A DNA stretch of 64,000 nucleotides from Podarcis pityusensis. Lineage: Eukaryota. The notes beneath the pieces are model-generated. The model saw only the letters and a list, made by a program, of their open reading frames with translations. It ran no database searches and had not been told where the DNA came from. The position numbers and the translations under genes were made by a program. This document shows positions 22,649 through 36,156 of the stretch, in pieces (the stretch's first letter is position 1; every line of letters starts with the position of its first letter). The DNA lies in assembly GCA_964106645.2 (NCBI GenBank), contig OZ067040.1; one strand, given 5' to 3'.

Positions 22649-24018
22649 AAAAATCAATTCTTTGAAAAATCCAATTTCTCATTGAATTTGGCCTTGTGTG
22701 ATTATCTGGGTCTTTTGGTTCTCCCATTCTATCCTTGGAAAATGAACGGCCACCAGATCCTGTTAGGAGTCACATTAGCCTAACAGAATATGGTACAGAA
22801 CTCTTATTTTCCAGGGTTGTGCTTGAATTTCAGTTTGGTATCCTCCATTAAGATACAGTTGTTCTCCTTTAGAATGATGAAGCACCACCTTGCTGTATAG
22901 AATTTCAGTAAACTGAAAGTTGCTGCAAAATATATCTCTCCCCCCCCCTTTAATTGGATGTTTCCTTTCATAATGTGACATACAAGAACAGGTCATATGG
23001 CAAAAAATAGTGGTTCATCAGCCCCTTTTCCAAACCATTGCTCAGCCCTCTTACGTCAACCCAATGCTCATGTCAAGGGCTCCTAGTTTAACCTAGCTGC
23101 TCAAAACAATTTGTGTGTCTGCAGGATAACAAAACAAAACCAATTTGGATCCTACCCTGAGGCCAAAATGTGTAATGCACTAAATAGATTTCCATGTACA
23201 GATTAGCCCAGTATTGGGTATTAGCTATTGATATGAAGCCATTAAAACTGTATTGAGTCAATTATTATCTCTTTTGGACACTAGTATATTCATTGGGAGA
23301 AAAGAAAGATGTTGATAGTTGAACGTTTTTAGACAGAATGCAAGTCCTCAAAGTTTCGGAATATATATTATTTTTGGATTCATTGTTTAACAATCCAAGA
23401 AGCAAAAGCTGAAATATGAGATTAAACATCTCAAGGCTCTGGTGGGTTAACTGCGAAAATTTGCAAACAGTTTGCAAGCATGTTAACACAAAAACCAGTT
23501 CAGTAATTAACACTGACACAATCCTTTCCCCTACCTGGAACGAGGCATAGATTGTTCTATTAAGAGCAAGTAAAGAAACAACATAGATTTTTACTTCAGT
23601 TTTGGCAGACAGGCTTTTGTACTGTTGTGAGAAGTTATATAAAAACAGACCACACAGGAATTTGTAAGGGGAAGAAATTAGTCTCTTCACATTCATAGAG
23701 CCGATATGGGTGCTATCCAGTTGCCTGTCCTGCTTGTGTTAATGGAACTTCCCTTCCTCACCTTGACCTGAAAACTGCTTGGGAGGTTGGGGACCCACTG
23801 GAGCAGACTGAGGGCATGAGAGGCTGCTGAGGGTACATTGCAGGGGGGACCTGGAGGCACAAGAGGTGATCACACTTCCATCCCACCTGCCAATTCAGCC
23901 TCCCCACATTTTACCAGTGGACATGAATTGGTTTGGGACATACATTTGCCCAGGTAACATTTTCTTTCAGAAGAGTTGAGTGAAAATTTCCCAAATGTGT
24001 TGTTGTTTTTCAAACCAG

Positions 24019-24625
24019 GTACCCAGAGGTACAGGCTAAGCTGCAAGAAGAGATCGATAAAGTTGTCGGCAGGGACCGCTTGCCTTCTGCTGAGGACCAG
24101 CCCCACTTGCCTTACGTCATGGCCTTCCTTTACGAATCCATGCGTTTCAGCAGCTTTGTGCCAGTTACCATTCCCCACTCCACTGTGGCTGACACCACCT
24201 TAATGGGCTACCGCATCCCCAAAGACACCGTGGTCTTTGTCAACCAGTGGTCAGTAAATCACGACCCGGTGAAATGGCCTTCCCCAGAGGAGTTTAACCC
24301 ATTGAGATTCCTGGATGAGAATGGATTCCTTAACAAAGATCTCACCAGCAGTGTGATGATTTTTTCACTGGGCAAACGTCGGTGCATTGGGGAAGAGTTA
24401 TCTAAAGTGCAGCTCTTCCTCTTTATTGCCATATTCCTACACCAGTGCAATTTCAGTGCTAATCCAAAGGAAGACACGAAAATGGATTTCACCTATGGCT
24501 TGACTATTAAACCCAAGCCGTTTGAACTCAACGTCACACTTCGAGATAACATGGATTTGCTGGATAGCACCGTACAGAGACTTCAGGCAGAAAAGGATTC
24601 TGAAAATTGCCTCCCAGATATGTAA
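24019..24625 (+). CDS. CYP1B1: Cytochrome P450 1B1, exon 3 coding part
   Basis: Acceptor CCAG ending 24018; (R)[22 protein letters not shown], ExxR (ESMR), FNPLRFLD, heme motif [10 protein letters not shown]; stop TAA ending 24625; total spliced CDS 1641 nt = 546 aa. Confidence 0.97.
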
Positions 24626-26019
24626 ACGTTGAAGTTTGAACACTGTTTGTAGTCCTCTTATAAGGATCATTTGCCTTTGCCTTTTTATATTTAAATGAAA
24701 CGCGTTTAAATATAATGTATTCTGGAGAGGTAGTAGCATGAAAATGAAGTAAAACAATGCATTATTTTTCAAATGTGGATTTGGTTTTAACCATTGGTAT
24801 TTCATTACCTCTGCATTTCTTGCCAGGCAGAAGCAAAAAGGGCATTCTCCAAAGTTGTTTTAAAAAATCTGAAGTTCTTTTCACAGTAGTGTTTAGTTTG
24901 GGATTGCCATGCTTCGTTTACTCATTTTTTTATGGAGCATCCACATGATGGTGCCATCCAATCATTGTCATCCCATCCTATATTTTCCTGCAGTTCTTCA
25001 GTCTTTTCTCAGACCGCAGGAAGTCTGACTTTGCAGAAGAAGACCTCTAGACCAGTGGAGATTGTGCTGCTCTTCCGTCACTTTAGAAAGGGCAGGATTT
25101 TGACACGACCAGTTTGACGTATGATGCAGTTGAATCAACACAGCACAATTCACTACTGTTGCAGGCACCATTTTATCATACTGCTTACACAGTCTTTTTA
25201 ATTAGCACATTTTAAATGCTTTACAAGGGTTTATGTCTATTGTTATTGTTTTTATTACATTGGTGAAATACCACTTCAGTGAAAGTGTGCAAGCACTATG
25301 ATGCCAAAATTTAAAATATGATGGGGTGAAGTCCCTTTCTATCCCCAGCTATCTGGGCAACAATTTTTTTTATCCCTTTTAAATAAAAAATAAAAAATGG
25401 TGCTTTACCATCTGATACAGCTACTACCTATACTGCCCAAGGTACAAGTTGGGATTGTAGCTGTGAATGACAATTGTATTTCAGTGCCTTGGTTATAAAA
25501 TATCTCTCCATTGAAATTCCAGATGTTTTTGTCTGAAGAGATTTTAAATATAAGCACAATTTCATTCTCAAATATTATTGACATTTTCTAAAGTAATCAG
25601 GCACTCATTGTGCATTGCATCTGTTATAACAAATCTTGATTGAGGCAGTGATGTTAAAAGATGTTGAATAAATCGTCTGCTTACCTCAGACAATCACACA
25701 TAGGGATGTAAGGCAATGTTTTAAAGTAATATTTGGAAAATAATTGCATTTGACAACCTAGGTTTTATTGGTTGAGTGCTCTCATTGATATACATTCATA
25801 AATAGGGATGCTATTAATTTGGATAAATGCATATATATAAATAATATGGAAAGTGCTAATTAAGGTTGGTTCTGCATTTTAAAACAATTTGAATAAAAAA
25901 CTGGAAGCACTAATGAATGCTGTTGAAGCCAAAAGGCTTCTTAATTAGTGTGTTTCCTTCCAGGATTGGACTTTGTTAAATCAGTTCTGGGCTTCTCACT
26001 CTAATTGAATGAAGTTCTG

Positions 26020-26148
26020 CTATGAGGGGTGGGGGACATGAGGTTTCCCAGTTGCTCTTGGGTTCCCAACTTCCACCATCCATGATGGGCTGGGTCTGAT
26101 GGGGAGTCCCAAACATCTGGGAGACCACAGGTTCCCCACCCAAGCTCT
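26020..26148. mobile_element. Decayed ACTACA/TCCCA-type palindromic MITE
   Basis: tcccaacttccaccatcc...ctgatggggagtcccaaacatctgggagaccacaggttccccacc; related decayed copies near 28060-28160, 29733-29875 and 40515-40642. Confidence 0.55.
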
Positions 26149-27027
26149 GCACCAATGAGTGACAAAAGGACTGAGGACCTCATCCATCTTCCATTTAAAA
26201 TAAATAGAATTGCAGTTGCCTTCAATATAAATAGAGTTAATTCCTAATCTAGGGTTGTGGCAGTTTGCCCCCCATCCCCGCCTCTTATATCCCCACTTAG
26301 GCTTTGAACTTGAATTGCTTTGAATAGGAAAACCTGTTTGGTCATTACCCTTCAAAATTGGGAGTTAAAGGTGTTGCAAACCAGACCTGAGTTCACTGGT
26401 CTCAATTTGTGTAGGCTCCTTTTTGAAATGTGATGCTCAGCGTACCGATGACATTCAAATGAGGGTGTGGGTCATCATGATCCCAATCCCCCACTATTAA
26501 AACCATATCTGCATAGGGATGCAATGGCTCATGAAATAATATTATGTTTTCCCCTCCATAGCTAAGGTCCTGTAAGCTTATGTCAATCATGTTAATTACT
26601 TGGGTGTCTCACCATCCAGCTGTCAGGAGCTAGACCAGGGACTAAATGGGTGGCTTTAATCTGAAAACAGAAGGAAAATCTGTAGTTGTGTTGCTTTTCT
26701 GGCAGTGCTTCCGAAACTTCTGATCCAAGCCCTGCTGAAACATTCACCTTTACCTCTGAAGCAATAGATATGCAAGTGAAAATGTGTTTTACTTGATTTG
26801 CAATGCGTTACTGAACTCTGTAGCCGAATGATAACAATAGTGCCTACCAATATTTTGTCATTAAACTCAACAAGATCTGTCTACAAGATCTTGTACATTA
26901 TCTAGTGGTCTTCCATCTCGTCACCGTTTTAGAGAACATAAAGCAGAAATTTAAAAACAGAGTTAAGATCGATAGAAGGGTAGTATGCTTAGATACTTTG
27001 TAGATTATAAAAATATAATTTGGTATT

Positions 27028-27052
27028 GCAGAACTTAGCCTGCATCTGTGAA
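27028..27052 (+). promoter_or_regulatory. miR-27b-3p recognition element with extensive 3' pairing
   Basis: GCAGAACTTAGCC-TGCAT-CTGTGAA vs the reverse complement of miR-27b-3p (GCAGAACTTAGCC-A-CTGTGAA). Confidence 0.9.
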
Positions 27053-27486
27053 AAGCTCTGTACTACATGAAACATTTTCGTGCTCAGGTCTACATTAGAT
27101 CTGTCATTTAGGATAGTACTATTTCCCTCCAATGCTATGTCTGTAAATATGATTCATCTGTATATTATAGGCAGTGTAAATGCTCCTAACATAATAGTTC
27201 CCAATAACTCAAGAATCATTGAGTTTATTTTAATACATGCTGATTGTAATTTTGTATTTTATTTTATTTTTCATAAAAGCTTTAAAATATATCAGGCTGG
27301 TAGTAATTACATTTTGATTACGTAATGATTTTTAAATTCCGGTTTACCAGATTGACTGTATTTTTACATTCAGTTTGTTTGACAACAAGTATCAGACCTG
27401 GGTTGTTCTTGTTGTTTTAGGATAGATTACTATTTTAATGAAAGAGTAAAGAAAACTTTCTTTTCACACAACCACACAACCAATCA

Positions 27487-27502
27487 AATAAATTAAAATA
27501 AA
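27487..27502 (+). terminator. Probable distal poly(A) signals of CYP1B1
   Basis: Tandem AATAAA at 27487-27492 and 27497-27502, about 440 nt after the miR-27b site. Confidence 0.5.
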
Positions 27503-28259
27503 ACAACTAGTGTCACATACTGTGAATCAATTTCTGATGTACTATATGAAAGTCTAATTGCAATTTCTTTCTTAGGATACGTGAATCCAAGCTTAAACTA
27601 AAGAGTCTCTCTAAAGAGATCACTGTAAGAGTGGAGGGTCTTAAGTATTCAAATTGATGAAGGGGGGGGGAGGCATTAAATTTTCCTTAAACGTGTCTTC
27701 CTTTATTTCTCCCCTGGCAAGCCTACACTGCTGCATAAGCTTGCCCAGTTCCAAATTCTATCACACCATCTCTTCAGAGCAAACTCCAGCTCACTGTTGC
27801 TATAACATGCAGTTTAAACTGTGAGGAGATAAGATGACATCCTCTTGTTACACCCCTCTTGTTATTTCAACAGGGACAGTTTGCCACCCCCTCACAGGAA
27901 TGTATTAATCCTAACATCATCCTCAACGGAGAAGTAGAAAGCTCTTATAAACATGATGAAGACAAAACACCCAGTTATATACTGCAGCTACTTTGTAGTT
28001 GCAGAGATTTACTTCCTTACATGGGTCTGGTGTTTTGCTTGCTATGTTGGCCCATGGTTTAGGATGGGTAGCCAATGTGTTGTGGACTACAGTTCCCATC
28101 TTCCATTATGATTGGTCATGCTGACTGAGGCTGATGGGACTTGTCCAAAAATCCTGGGGAAAGCCCCTTTGGCTGTCTCTGTTCTATGAGGTTTCCTAGA
28201 CTGAGAATCTAGCTTCCAAGGATAGAAAACTAAGCTTGTCTTCTGTACCCCACTTGAGT

Positions 28260-28680
28260 CTTCACACCATTTACCTACTTCACTCCGGATTTGTGTAGGG
28301 TTTGTCCCTTGGCCTTTTCCTCTCCAGAAGATGTCCCACAAGGCAGTGGAAATATAGGATTAGCGTTTTCCTTCCCCTTCCCAGGTTCACGAGCCCCATC
28401 AGCCCCTCACTTCCCACTACAGTATGTGCAGAAACTGTCTTCTTGACCGTTGGACCCACAATTGGTCTTGTACCCTCAATCCACCAGTGCCTGTTTTCAC
28501 ATGCAGGGAAGTCCCTAACAGGGTTTGAGACCCATTGGGTACCCTCACCTAGCCAGCCAGTTGAAGCCTGGGTGTGGCCCCTGTCACCTGCTGACAGCTT
28601 CCAGGAGCCACAGGATGCAGGGTGAGGACCAAATGTGGACAAACTATCCCGAAGGAGCATAACGTTCCTCCCCAGAGGTA
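28260..28680 (-). mobile_element. Probable old interspersed repeat (family uncertain; possibly non-LTR retrotransposon 5' region)
   Basis: GC-richer block with aaaccctacacaaatccggagtg and ccactgccttgtgggacatctt motifs recalled from lizard repeats; ORFs have no recognisable product. Confidence 0.3.
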
Positions 28681-30037
28681 CTGTGCCTCCCCTAATGCTC
28701 CATACACCCCTTTGCAGATCAAGCTGCTGTTAAAAAGCTAGTTCTAAGCTGGTAACTTTACAAGCTATGGGGTTGTGGAAACCTCAAGATGCTTCAAAGA
28801 TTGGGAACGTCCATTTTAATTTCCCACAATACCCTGGGCCACCAAATATAGTGTCACTCCAGGGCTTCTGCTTCCTGAAGTCAATGCTGGTGGGTTTTGC
28901 TGGGGCACTGAAGCTCTGGCAGCTGCCTGAGGATGCCAGGTGCCAAAATAGAGCCTTCATCCTGCAAGTATCCATTTAAAATAAAATAAAATCAAACTTT
29001 CATGGTTTCTTGCCTCTGGGTTTGTATAAACAGCTTTAATTTTTAATACAGGTTTTCCCCTCAGTTGTGGATTTTGTATTGAATGTCTCTGTTTGGAGAT
29101 GATAGATCAAGCAAAACAATAGATCTGAAGATTAAAACCTTTTCCTAGAAACCCTCTGGACTGGAAAAGAAGCTTTGTTTGGGGGATTTCTCCTGCGTCT
29201 AGCGAGACGGCGCTTCCTTCCTGTTGCTGAGGTTCAGTTCAGTTGAACAGCTTCAGTCTGAAGCCCTGGCTCATGTTGCAGCTTGCTTCGAGATACAACT
29301 GCATTGGCCTCTTGTCTTCTGGCAGAGGTGAGAAGGCAGACCTGTATCTACAGTCCAGAACAATGTGCCTTGTGGGGTAAACGGTGCAAGTGATGCAAGA
29401 ACAAAAGGGAAGTAGCTTCCCTCCCTGAAGCTGTTTCTGTTTTAAATGCATTCTCTGTCTCTCTTGTGTATCCTACTAACATCCTGCATGTTGATGCCAA
29501 ACAGTACCTTCTAAAGTGCGTGACAAGGATGCTGGCAACACTGAGCCCCTTGCAGAGCAGTTAATCCACTCTGGAGGGGAAAAGGAAACCTACAACAGAA
29601 GCTAAGTCTCAGTATTGTTAAGCGGGATCAGGTAGAGGGGAAAATGGGAAGAGCTAAATGTAAACAAAGTCTCTGTGTCTGAGGATGGAGAGCAAAATAG
29701 ACATTAGAAAAACAACTCTTGAAACGCAACCTAGTGCCATCTTCCACAACTTGGGTCCCTCCAGATGTATTGGACTACAATTCCCATCAGTCCCAGCTAG
29801 CACGGCCATGCTGGCTAGGTCTGATGGGAGTTGTGGTTCAAAATACCTGAGGCTACCAAGTGGTGCAAGGCTGATCTGGCAATGGCAAACACTTCAAAGT
29901 AGAATTGTTTGGCGATTCACAAATATCTGATGCAAAGGAGCTAGATCTACAGTTTCTGGGTTAATGTGTGAGTCGGCAGTTAGCTGTTTCCTTTGGCACT
30001 TTTTGAATGTCCCGATATGGTTCTGGGCTCAAAAGTA

Positions 30038-30238
30038 CAGTGGTACCTCCGGTTGCAGACGGTATCTGTTCCAGAGCTCTGGTCAGATCCCAAGGTTTTT
30101 GCAACCGGAGGTGCCTGTTCTGTAGAGTGCTTCTGCGCATGTTTGCACAGCGAAACCTGGAAAAATACTTCCGGGTTTGCTGCGTGCGTATCCCAAAGGA
30201 TACGTAACCACAAGTGCACGTAAGTAGAGGTATCACTG
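30038..30238. mobile_element. Tc1/mariner MITE, second subfamily
   Basis: TA-CAGTGGTACCTC...GAGGTATCACTG-TA; internal sequence differs from the 7331 family. Confidence 0.8.
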
Positions 30239-32496
30239 TATATCCAAGTACATTAAATACCAGAAATAGACTGGTTCATCCATCCCTACACTAGAGCTAC
30301 TATCTTGGCCACATTTAATCAGAGGGTGTAGGTCTCAGAAAAAAATAATGGGGAGCCCCTGCCTATCACTGCCCAGTGCCCCCAACAGATTATGCCCAAG
30401 GGAAGGTTTTCCACCCCTCCTATGGAGAAGGAACTCAGTCTGAAAAAGTCAACCAAAGGAGGGTGGGGGAACCAGTATGACAGTGCACCCCCCCCCGAAT
30501 AGTTACATTTAGGTAAGTTAAGGTTGCTTCTGAAAGCTTTTCCTGATGTTACCCCAGTGGTTAGGAAGTTCCTAGTTCAAATCTCTCATTCACTAAGAAT
30601 TACTAGCTGGCCTTCAGCAAACCACTATTGCCCTATGGGAATAATGTGGGATGTGATACATAAGTAGCAGTCAAGTACAACATTCCTTGTTTTCCTAGAG
30701 AAGACATGCAGGGGAATGTTTGGTCCAGCCAGTCAAAAACTTCCTGTTTCCTCCTGGCCTGGAACATCCTTCCTCTTGCATGTGACTAGAGGTGGGCATG
30801 ACCTTACCTGTTCAGGTAACAAAAGGGCAAGGCATGCAGCACACTTCCCTTCTTTTCAACTCTTCTCCATCTTCCTTTTGTCGTGTGAGCTACAGTGACT
30901 GCTAGTCTGCAGTCACTGGGATTATCCCCCTCTATGGGGTAGATACAAATGTATATACTTTGTAACTAAGTCTGCCTTCAGGGATCCAAATGTGAACTGA
31001 TGATGTGAGTAATCTTTTATATACTTTACACAAGACTGTGTTGTGTTTATTCCTTTAAGAGGGATATAAAGGGGACTTATCAGGAACCAAATAGTAAGAG
31101 GCTTAAACAAGCCTGCAACCAGCTACCTGTTGTGAGGCTGGCACACCTTACAGGATTGTTGAAGGTATTGTTGATATAGCATGTACAAATACCCCGGCAA
31201 TTGTGTAAGTCACTACACTAAATGATGGTTTAATGGTGAACATGTCTCTATCTGCTCACACAAACTCCTGCATGGCTTCTCCCACCCCCCACCCCCACCT
31301 CCCTGTGCAGCTCAGTCTATAGCTTGTGGTGCATTCCAAACCTGAACTGTGGTTTATTTCCAAAAAGAAATATATTCAATCAAACTATGAGTGGTAAGCC
31401 AGAAATAAACCAAAAACCTGTGTACCATAAGCTATAGGCTGCATGGAGATCCACCAGGCAAGAATGGGACACATTTACTCCTAAATGTGCAACCCAGGCC
31501 ATTGTCTATTAGGAACTCTCATCCTCTGAAATGTGCATTATTATTAATGATGCAATAACAGGCAGTGTAACTCTCCAACAGTTTGACTTCACCCCAAAAG
31601 GCTCCCAAGACAGATGACAACAACAGATGCAACAGAGGCAGACTAGAGAGCAATGTGACCTCCCCCTTTTGTATCTGCTGTTATTTTAGAGCAACTTTCA
31701 GGCTATTTCATGCATATTTGCCCCCTTCTGCCGTGCGTAATGAAGGGGACTGGCCAGCCTCAAGTGATCAATCAGGTACCCCTGAGGCTGAAATGAGCCA
31801 GCAAGTTGTTCATGACATTCCCACATGTTTCTGCTTTCGGCACTAATGGGAACCTTCTGTACTGTTGGCCCAGCACTCCCTTCAACAGCAATTGCCAGTG
31901 CAATCAGGACGAAAAATGCACAGCTACGTACAGGATCCCAAAAGCAGGCTTGACCCTTGGGACAATCTCGGCCTGCGTTGACCAGAGTCGGTATGACTGA
32001 AGGTTTTTCAGTGTGAATATGTTTCTACAACTCTCTCTTCGTATAGCACTCCTAGAGTATGTGCACACAGCAGCTGGCAGAGCTCCTCATGTAGCGCTGT
32101 GCTCTAGTACAAAAATGGAAATACTGGGAGCTGTATCATAGTGGACAAGGTGTTTAGTGTCCTTTCCATAGTGGGGCTGCCTTACCATATTGGTGCTAGT
32201 GTTCAAAATGCAAACAAACCTGCAAAGTTTAAGTTACTAATCCGAAGTAGGAATCCCTTCAAAAAAGTATCCAACTTCTCCTATTTCAAATTTCTTCAAA
32301 TTTGGCATTTAGTCCCTTGCAATAGTCACTACAAAAAAACTGAAAGCAACAGCCCTCTTATTTTTCCAGTCTCAATAAGTATTATCTCACAGCAAAGAGG
32401 GAAAATATCCCTCCCTCTGGATTTTCTTGGATTCCAACTCCCATCAACATCCAGAGGGCCACAGGTTCCCTGCCCCTTTCTTACAGAGTGATTCTT

Positions 32497-32838
32497 AAAG
32501 GTAAAGGTAAAGGGATCCCTGACCATTAGGTCCAGTCATGACGGACTCTGGGGTTGCGGCGCTCATCTCGCTTTATTGGCCGAGGGAGCCAGCGTACAGC
32601 TTCCAGGTCATGTGGCCAGCATGACTAAGCCGCTACTGGCGAACCAAAGCAGCGCACGGAAATGCCGTTTACCTTCCCGCCGGAGGTACTTGCACTTTGA
32701 CTTGCTTTCGAACTGCTAGGTTGGCAGGGGCAGGGACCGAGCAATGGGAGCTCACCCCGTCGCGGGGATTCGAACCGCGACCTTTTGATCGGCAAGTCCT
32801 AGGCTCTGTGGTTTAACCCACAGCACCACCCGCATCCC
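32497..32838 (-). mobile_element. Sauria SINE (Squam1) with TSD
   Basis: (AAAGGT)n tail; small internal deletion; TSD GTGATTCTTA at 32488-32497 and 32846-32855. Confidence 0.93.
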
Positions 32839-35800
32839 TCCAGACGTGATTCTTACCCTTTCAATTTAGTCTAATCATCACAAACAAGCAACAGTAAAAC
32901 TTTAAAGCCTCATTATTACCTACCAGAACAAGGAGGGCTGGTCCACCAGCGTTCCCCTGGCAATTGGATTTGTTGGCACCTGGGAATGTGTACTTTTATC
33001 TGAATTATGGCTGTGCATTAACCATACATTTAAAGCATGTTGCTTCCCCATGGAGAAGCCGGGAAGCTGTAGTTTGTTTAGAGAGTGTGAGGAATAAACT
33101 ACAAATCCTAGGAATCTTCAGGGGAAAGAACGCGTTTTAAAGGCATGGAGAGTATGCAGCTACAGTATATGCACTTATCAAGATCAATAGGGACTATGTG
33201 AACATTGCAATGTGTAATAATATCAATAGTAGCCACAGATTTCCCCTTGCTGGACCCTGCAGTATGAGTTACTTTGAGTGGTGATTTGGACAAAGCAATA
33301 ATCTTTAGCCATAAAATAAAAAGATGGCTAAATATCCCTAAGCTATATTTATTTCCATTAATAGAACACTGGCAAATGACATGTGTAAGAAATGCATTTT
33401 GCCAAACCCATAAATGCTGTGTGAGAGCAGTTAACACATGCCTTTGTATGACTGACAGTGTAGATTGCTTCCATATCATATGGTAGGAACTTTTTCTGCC
33501 AGGGGAGTATTAAAAAGCACAAAATGGGTTTTCTTCTGCAATTTATTGCAGTCTGCTTTCCATCACCGAGTGTAAATATTTCAAACGACAAGACCAGTTT
33601 CCTTAGAGAGTGATATTATGTTTCTCCTCTTCCTGATAATGGGAGTTTTAAACAGAGCCATTTATAGCCATTGTTTTACTATCTTTTAGCCTATGCAAGT
33701 TCCTAAGACAACTTCAGAATATGTCACAAGAGGAGCTGTGCTAAAACAGCCTATGCAAATACCATGCAGCAAGAACTATGCATTTATTCTATGATCATTA
33801 AAGCATTGTTAACACTCTACAAAATGCCCACATGTATAACATCAGCTCCCTTGCATGGCCCACGTGGTATAGGGAAATGGTCTAATTACTAAATAAACTG
33901 ACCATATAAAGTAAACAAGAAAGGAAAAAAGTAATGCAGACCCTTTACTTTTTTATATCGTCTATCTACCTATATCTATACACACACACATGTGCACAAA
34001 CACACATAAACATATGTGTAATCAGAGCACATAAGGATGTGGAAGTCAAGCAACCTTTCACTGCAAGATACACTCGAGCAATGTGATATTTGAGCACTTT
34101 TACACACTTGGAGTTTGGAAATTATGGTTCTTCTTCCTGCCCCTGGGACTCTTCTGTGTCAGGTATAGCTTACTGACAAGCTTGTGGTCACTGCTGAGTG
34201 GTTTGCCTGTCTGCTTGGCATAAAAACCATGTACTAAGTCACTCAAAACTTGGCTGGGTAGCTCACAAGTTTAAGATTACATTAGGTTTGGCAAGAAAGA
34301 TGGCAGGGAGGCAGCACAACTGTGTTTTCTGGGTGGTTCAGCAAATAAATGGTTCAGATTATTTTGCTCCTAAGGGAAGGAGAGCGGTACAGCCTGCATA
34401 TTAAACGTGCATAAGTGAAATGGTGCCGATTCTTTCCTCCCCTCCCCCTTTTTAGATGTGTTTTGTGGCTAAGCCATCATCCCCAGGAATCAAAATCACA
34501 CAGAAAGACGACACAAAATGGATGCCAGAAGCTTCTGGAATGTATGGGAAATAATGCTTGCTAGCTTATTGTAGCAAGTCTCAATTAGCTGCGAAAACAC
34601 TAACATTATTGTGTTAAGCATAGAATATAATAGGGAACTATTTTCAGCGTTATGTAAATATGAAACCTATCAGTGCCAGAATTGTTTGTGGCTTTGAGCA
34701 GTATTTGTAAAAGCCATCTTTAGCGAGCTAAATATGCAAATCGGCCCCAGCTATGACAGGCAAGTCAGCATTGGGAAAGGTGGACTTTCCCTACTCAGCG
34801 TTGTAATTTTATGTTGTGAACCGCCCTGAGATCTATGGATAAAAGGCGGTTTACAGGAGACAGCTATGTATGCACCATGTTGAAAAGCATGTTTTCCAGC
34901 TGCCATAAAGAATCATCACAGCTATCATTCACAGCACCCTTAAACTATAGTTCCCAGGATTGTTTTTTTTTTGAATACACAAATTATTCAGCTAGAGAAA
35001 GAGATGAGACAGGAAGTGTGCACATTCAAGAAAATATTCCATATTTCTAAGCAGTCATCCCCCCAGAAGGTGACTGAGAGGAAGCAAAAACAGTAGACAT
35101 GACACAAGCTTGGATGATAAACCAAAACAGAAGCAATCAATAACAATGTGGATAAGAAGCAGAGTGCTGAAGGGGAAAACGGGCCTTTAAAGCTATATTT
35201 AAAAGGTTTGGACGTTCTGGAGTATGCACAATTTTGTTGTAACACCATCTCCGCTATAGGAACACCACCACAGAAGGGATAGTAAAGATTTACAAGGGCA
35301 GCCATCAGGACCATCTATTTCTCTTGAAAGATATCAAATATACAAATGCATTCATTTAGTAAGATAGTTGTTGCCTATGGAAGACAAAGTTTGATGCTGT
35401 GAAGTCTGAAAGGATTATCTAATCATAGATCCAAACAAGAATTGGTCAGATGCCCAGATTGCAACAAATTGCCAGTATTAAACTGTTTATATAAGTGGAT
35501 TTGAGCAGGTGGAAACTGGGAAGGGGTGAGGACAACTGAGGCTTCACTGCTATGACTTGAAACTCTCCAGACTCTTCATGCTGCCCATGTTCAGTTCAGG
35601 TTCCTTCTCCAATATACATAGACTTTACATTAGATCAGTCGTTCACCAGAAGCAGTGCCTTGAAGCAACTCACTTTGCCACTATGCATATAGAAATATAC
35701 TACCACAGCAGGCAATTCCATCAAATCTCATTTAATATTTCAATTTCAGATGTTTCAAGAACAGCATAATATGTAAATACATGATTTATAAAATATTATA

Positions 35801-36156
35801 TTTCTATTTAAAATCCAGAGATTAAAATAACAGCCTCAAAGAGCAATTCTCCCACAACTTACATACTTTCCAAGAGAAAAAGGAAAAGAACAAGTGCACA
35901 TCAATTTAACCTTCCATGCCTCTGTAGGCAATGAAGACTAGCTTCCTAGTCACTCTCAAGACGATTAATGACCATCAAGACATCCATTGCCAGCAGTGGA
36001 TTTTATGTTTGGAGATTCCCAGCAAAGTCTTAAAAATTAATACTAGTAGAAATGTGTTTAAAGAGACAAATGCATGATTTCCATGCTCCAATTTCCTTGG
36101 CGACATTCACCTAAGGGCCCCGATGGACAACTTATTCATTGCAGATTAAGTCTGTA

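Larger units (their letters stand above)
24626..27520 (+). other. CYP1B1: CYP1B1 3' UTR (long isoform; end approximate)
   Basis: AU-rich; AATAAA at 25382, 25667, 25892, 26198, 27487 and 27497; contains the miR-27b site at 27028 that is characteristic of the distal human CYP1B1 UTR. Confidence 0.65.

Noticed and set aside
26921-26950. Minus-strand ..SLKR* resembling the mammalian RMDN2 C-terminus
   Set aside because: In-frame stop a few codons upstream and no AG acceptor; chance match
27519-27526. miR-27 8mer seed ACTGTGAA
   Set aside because: Lies at or beyond the expected cleavage point after AATAAA 27487/27497, so inclusion in the mRNA cannot be supported
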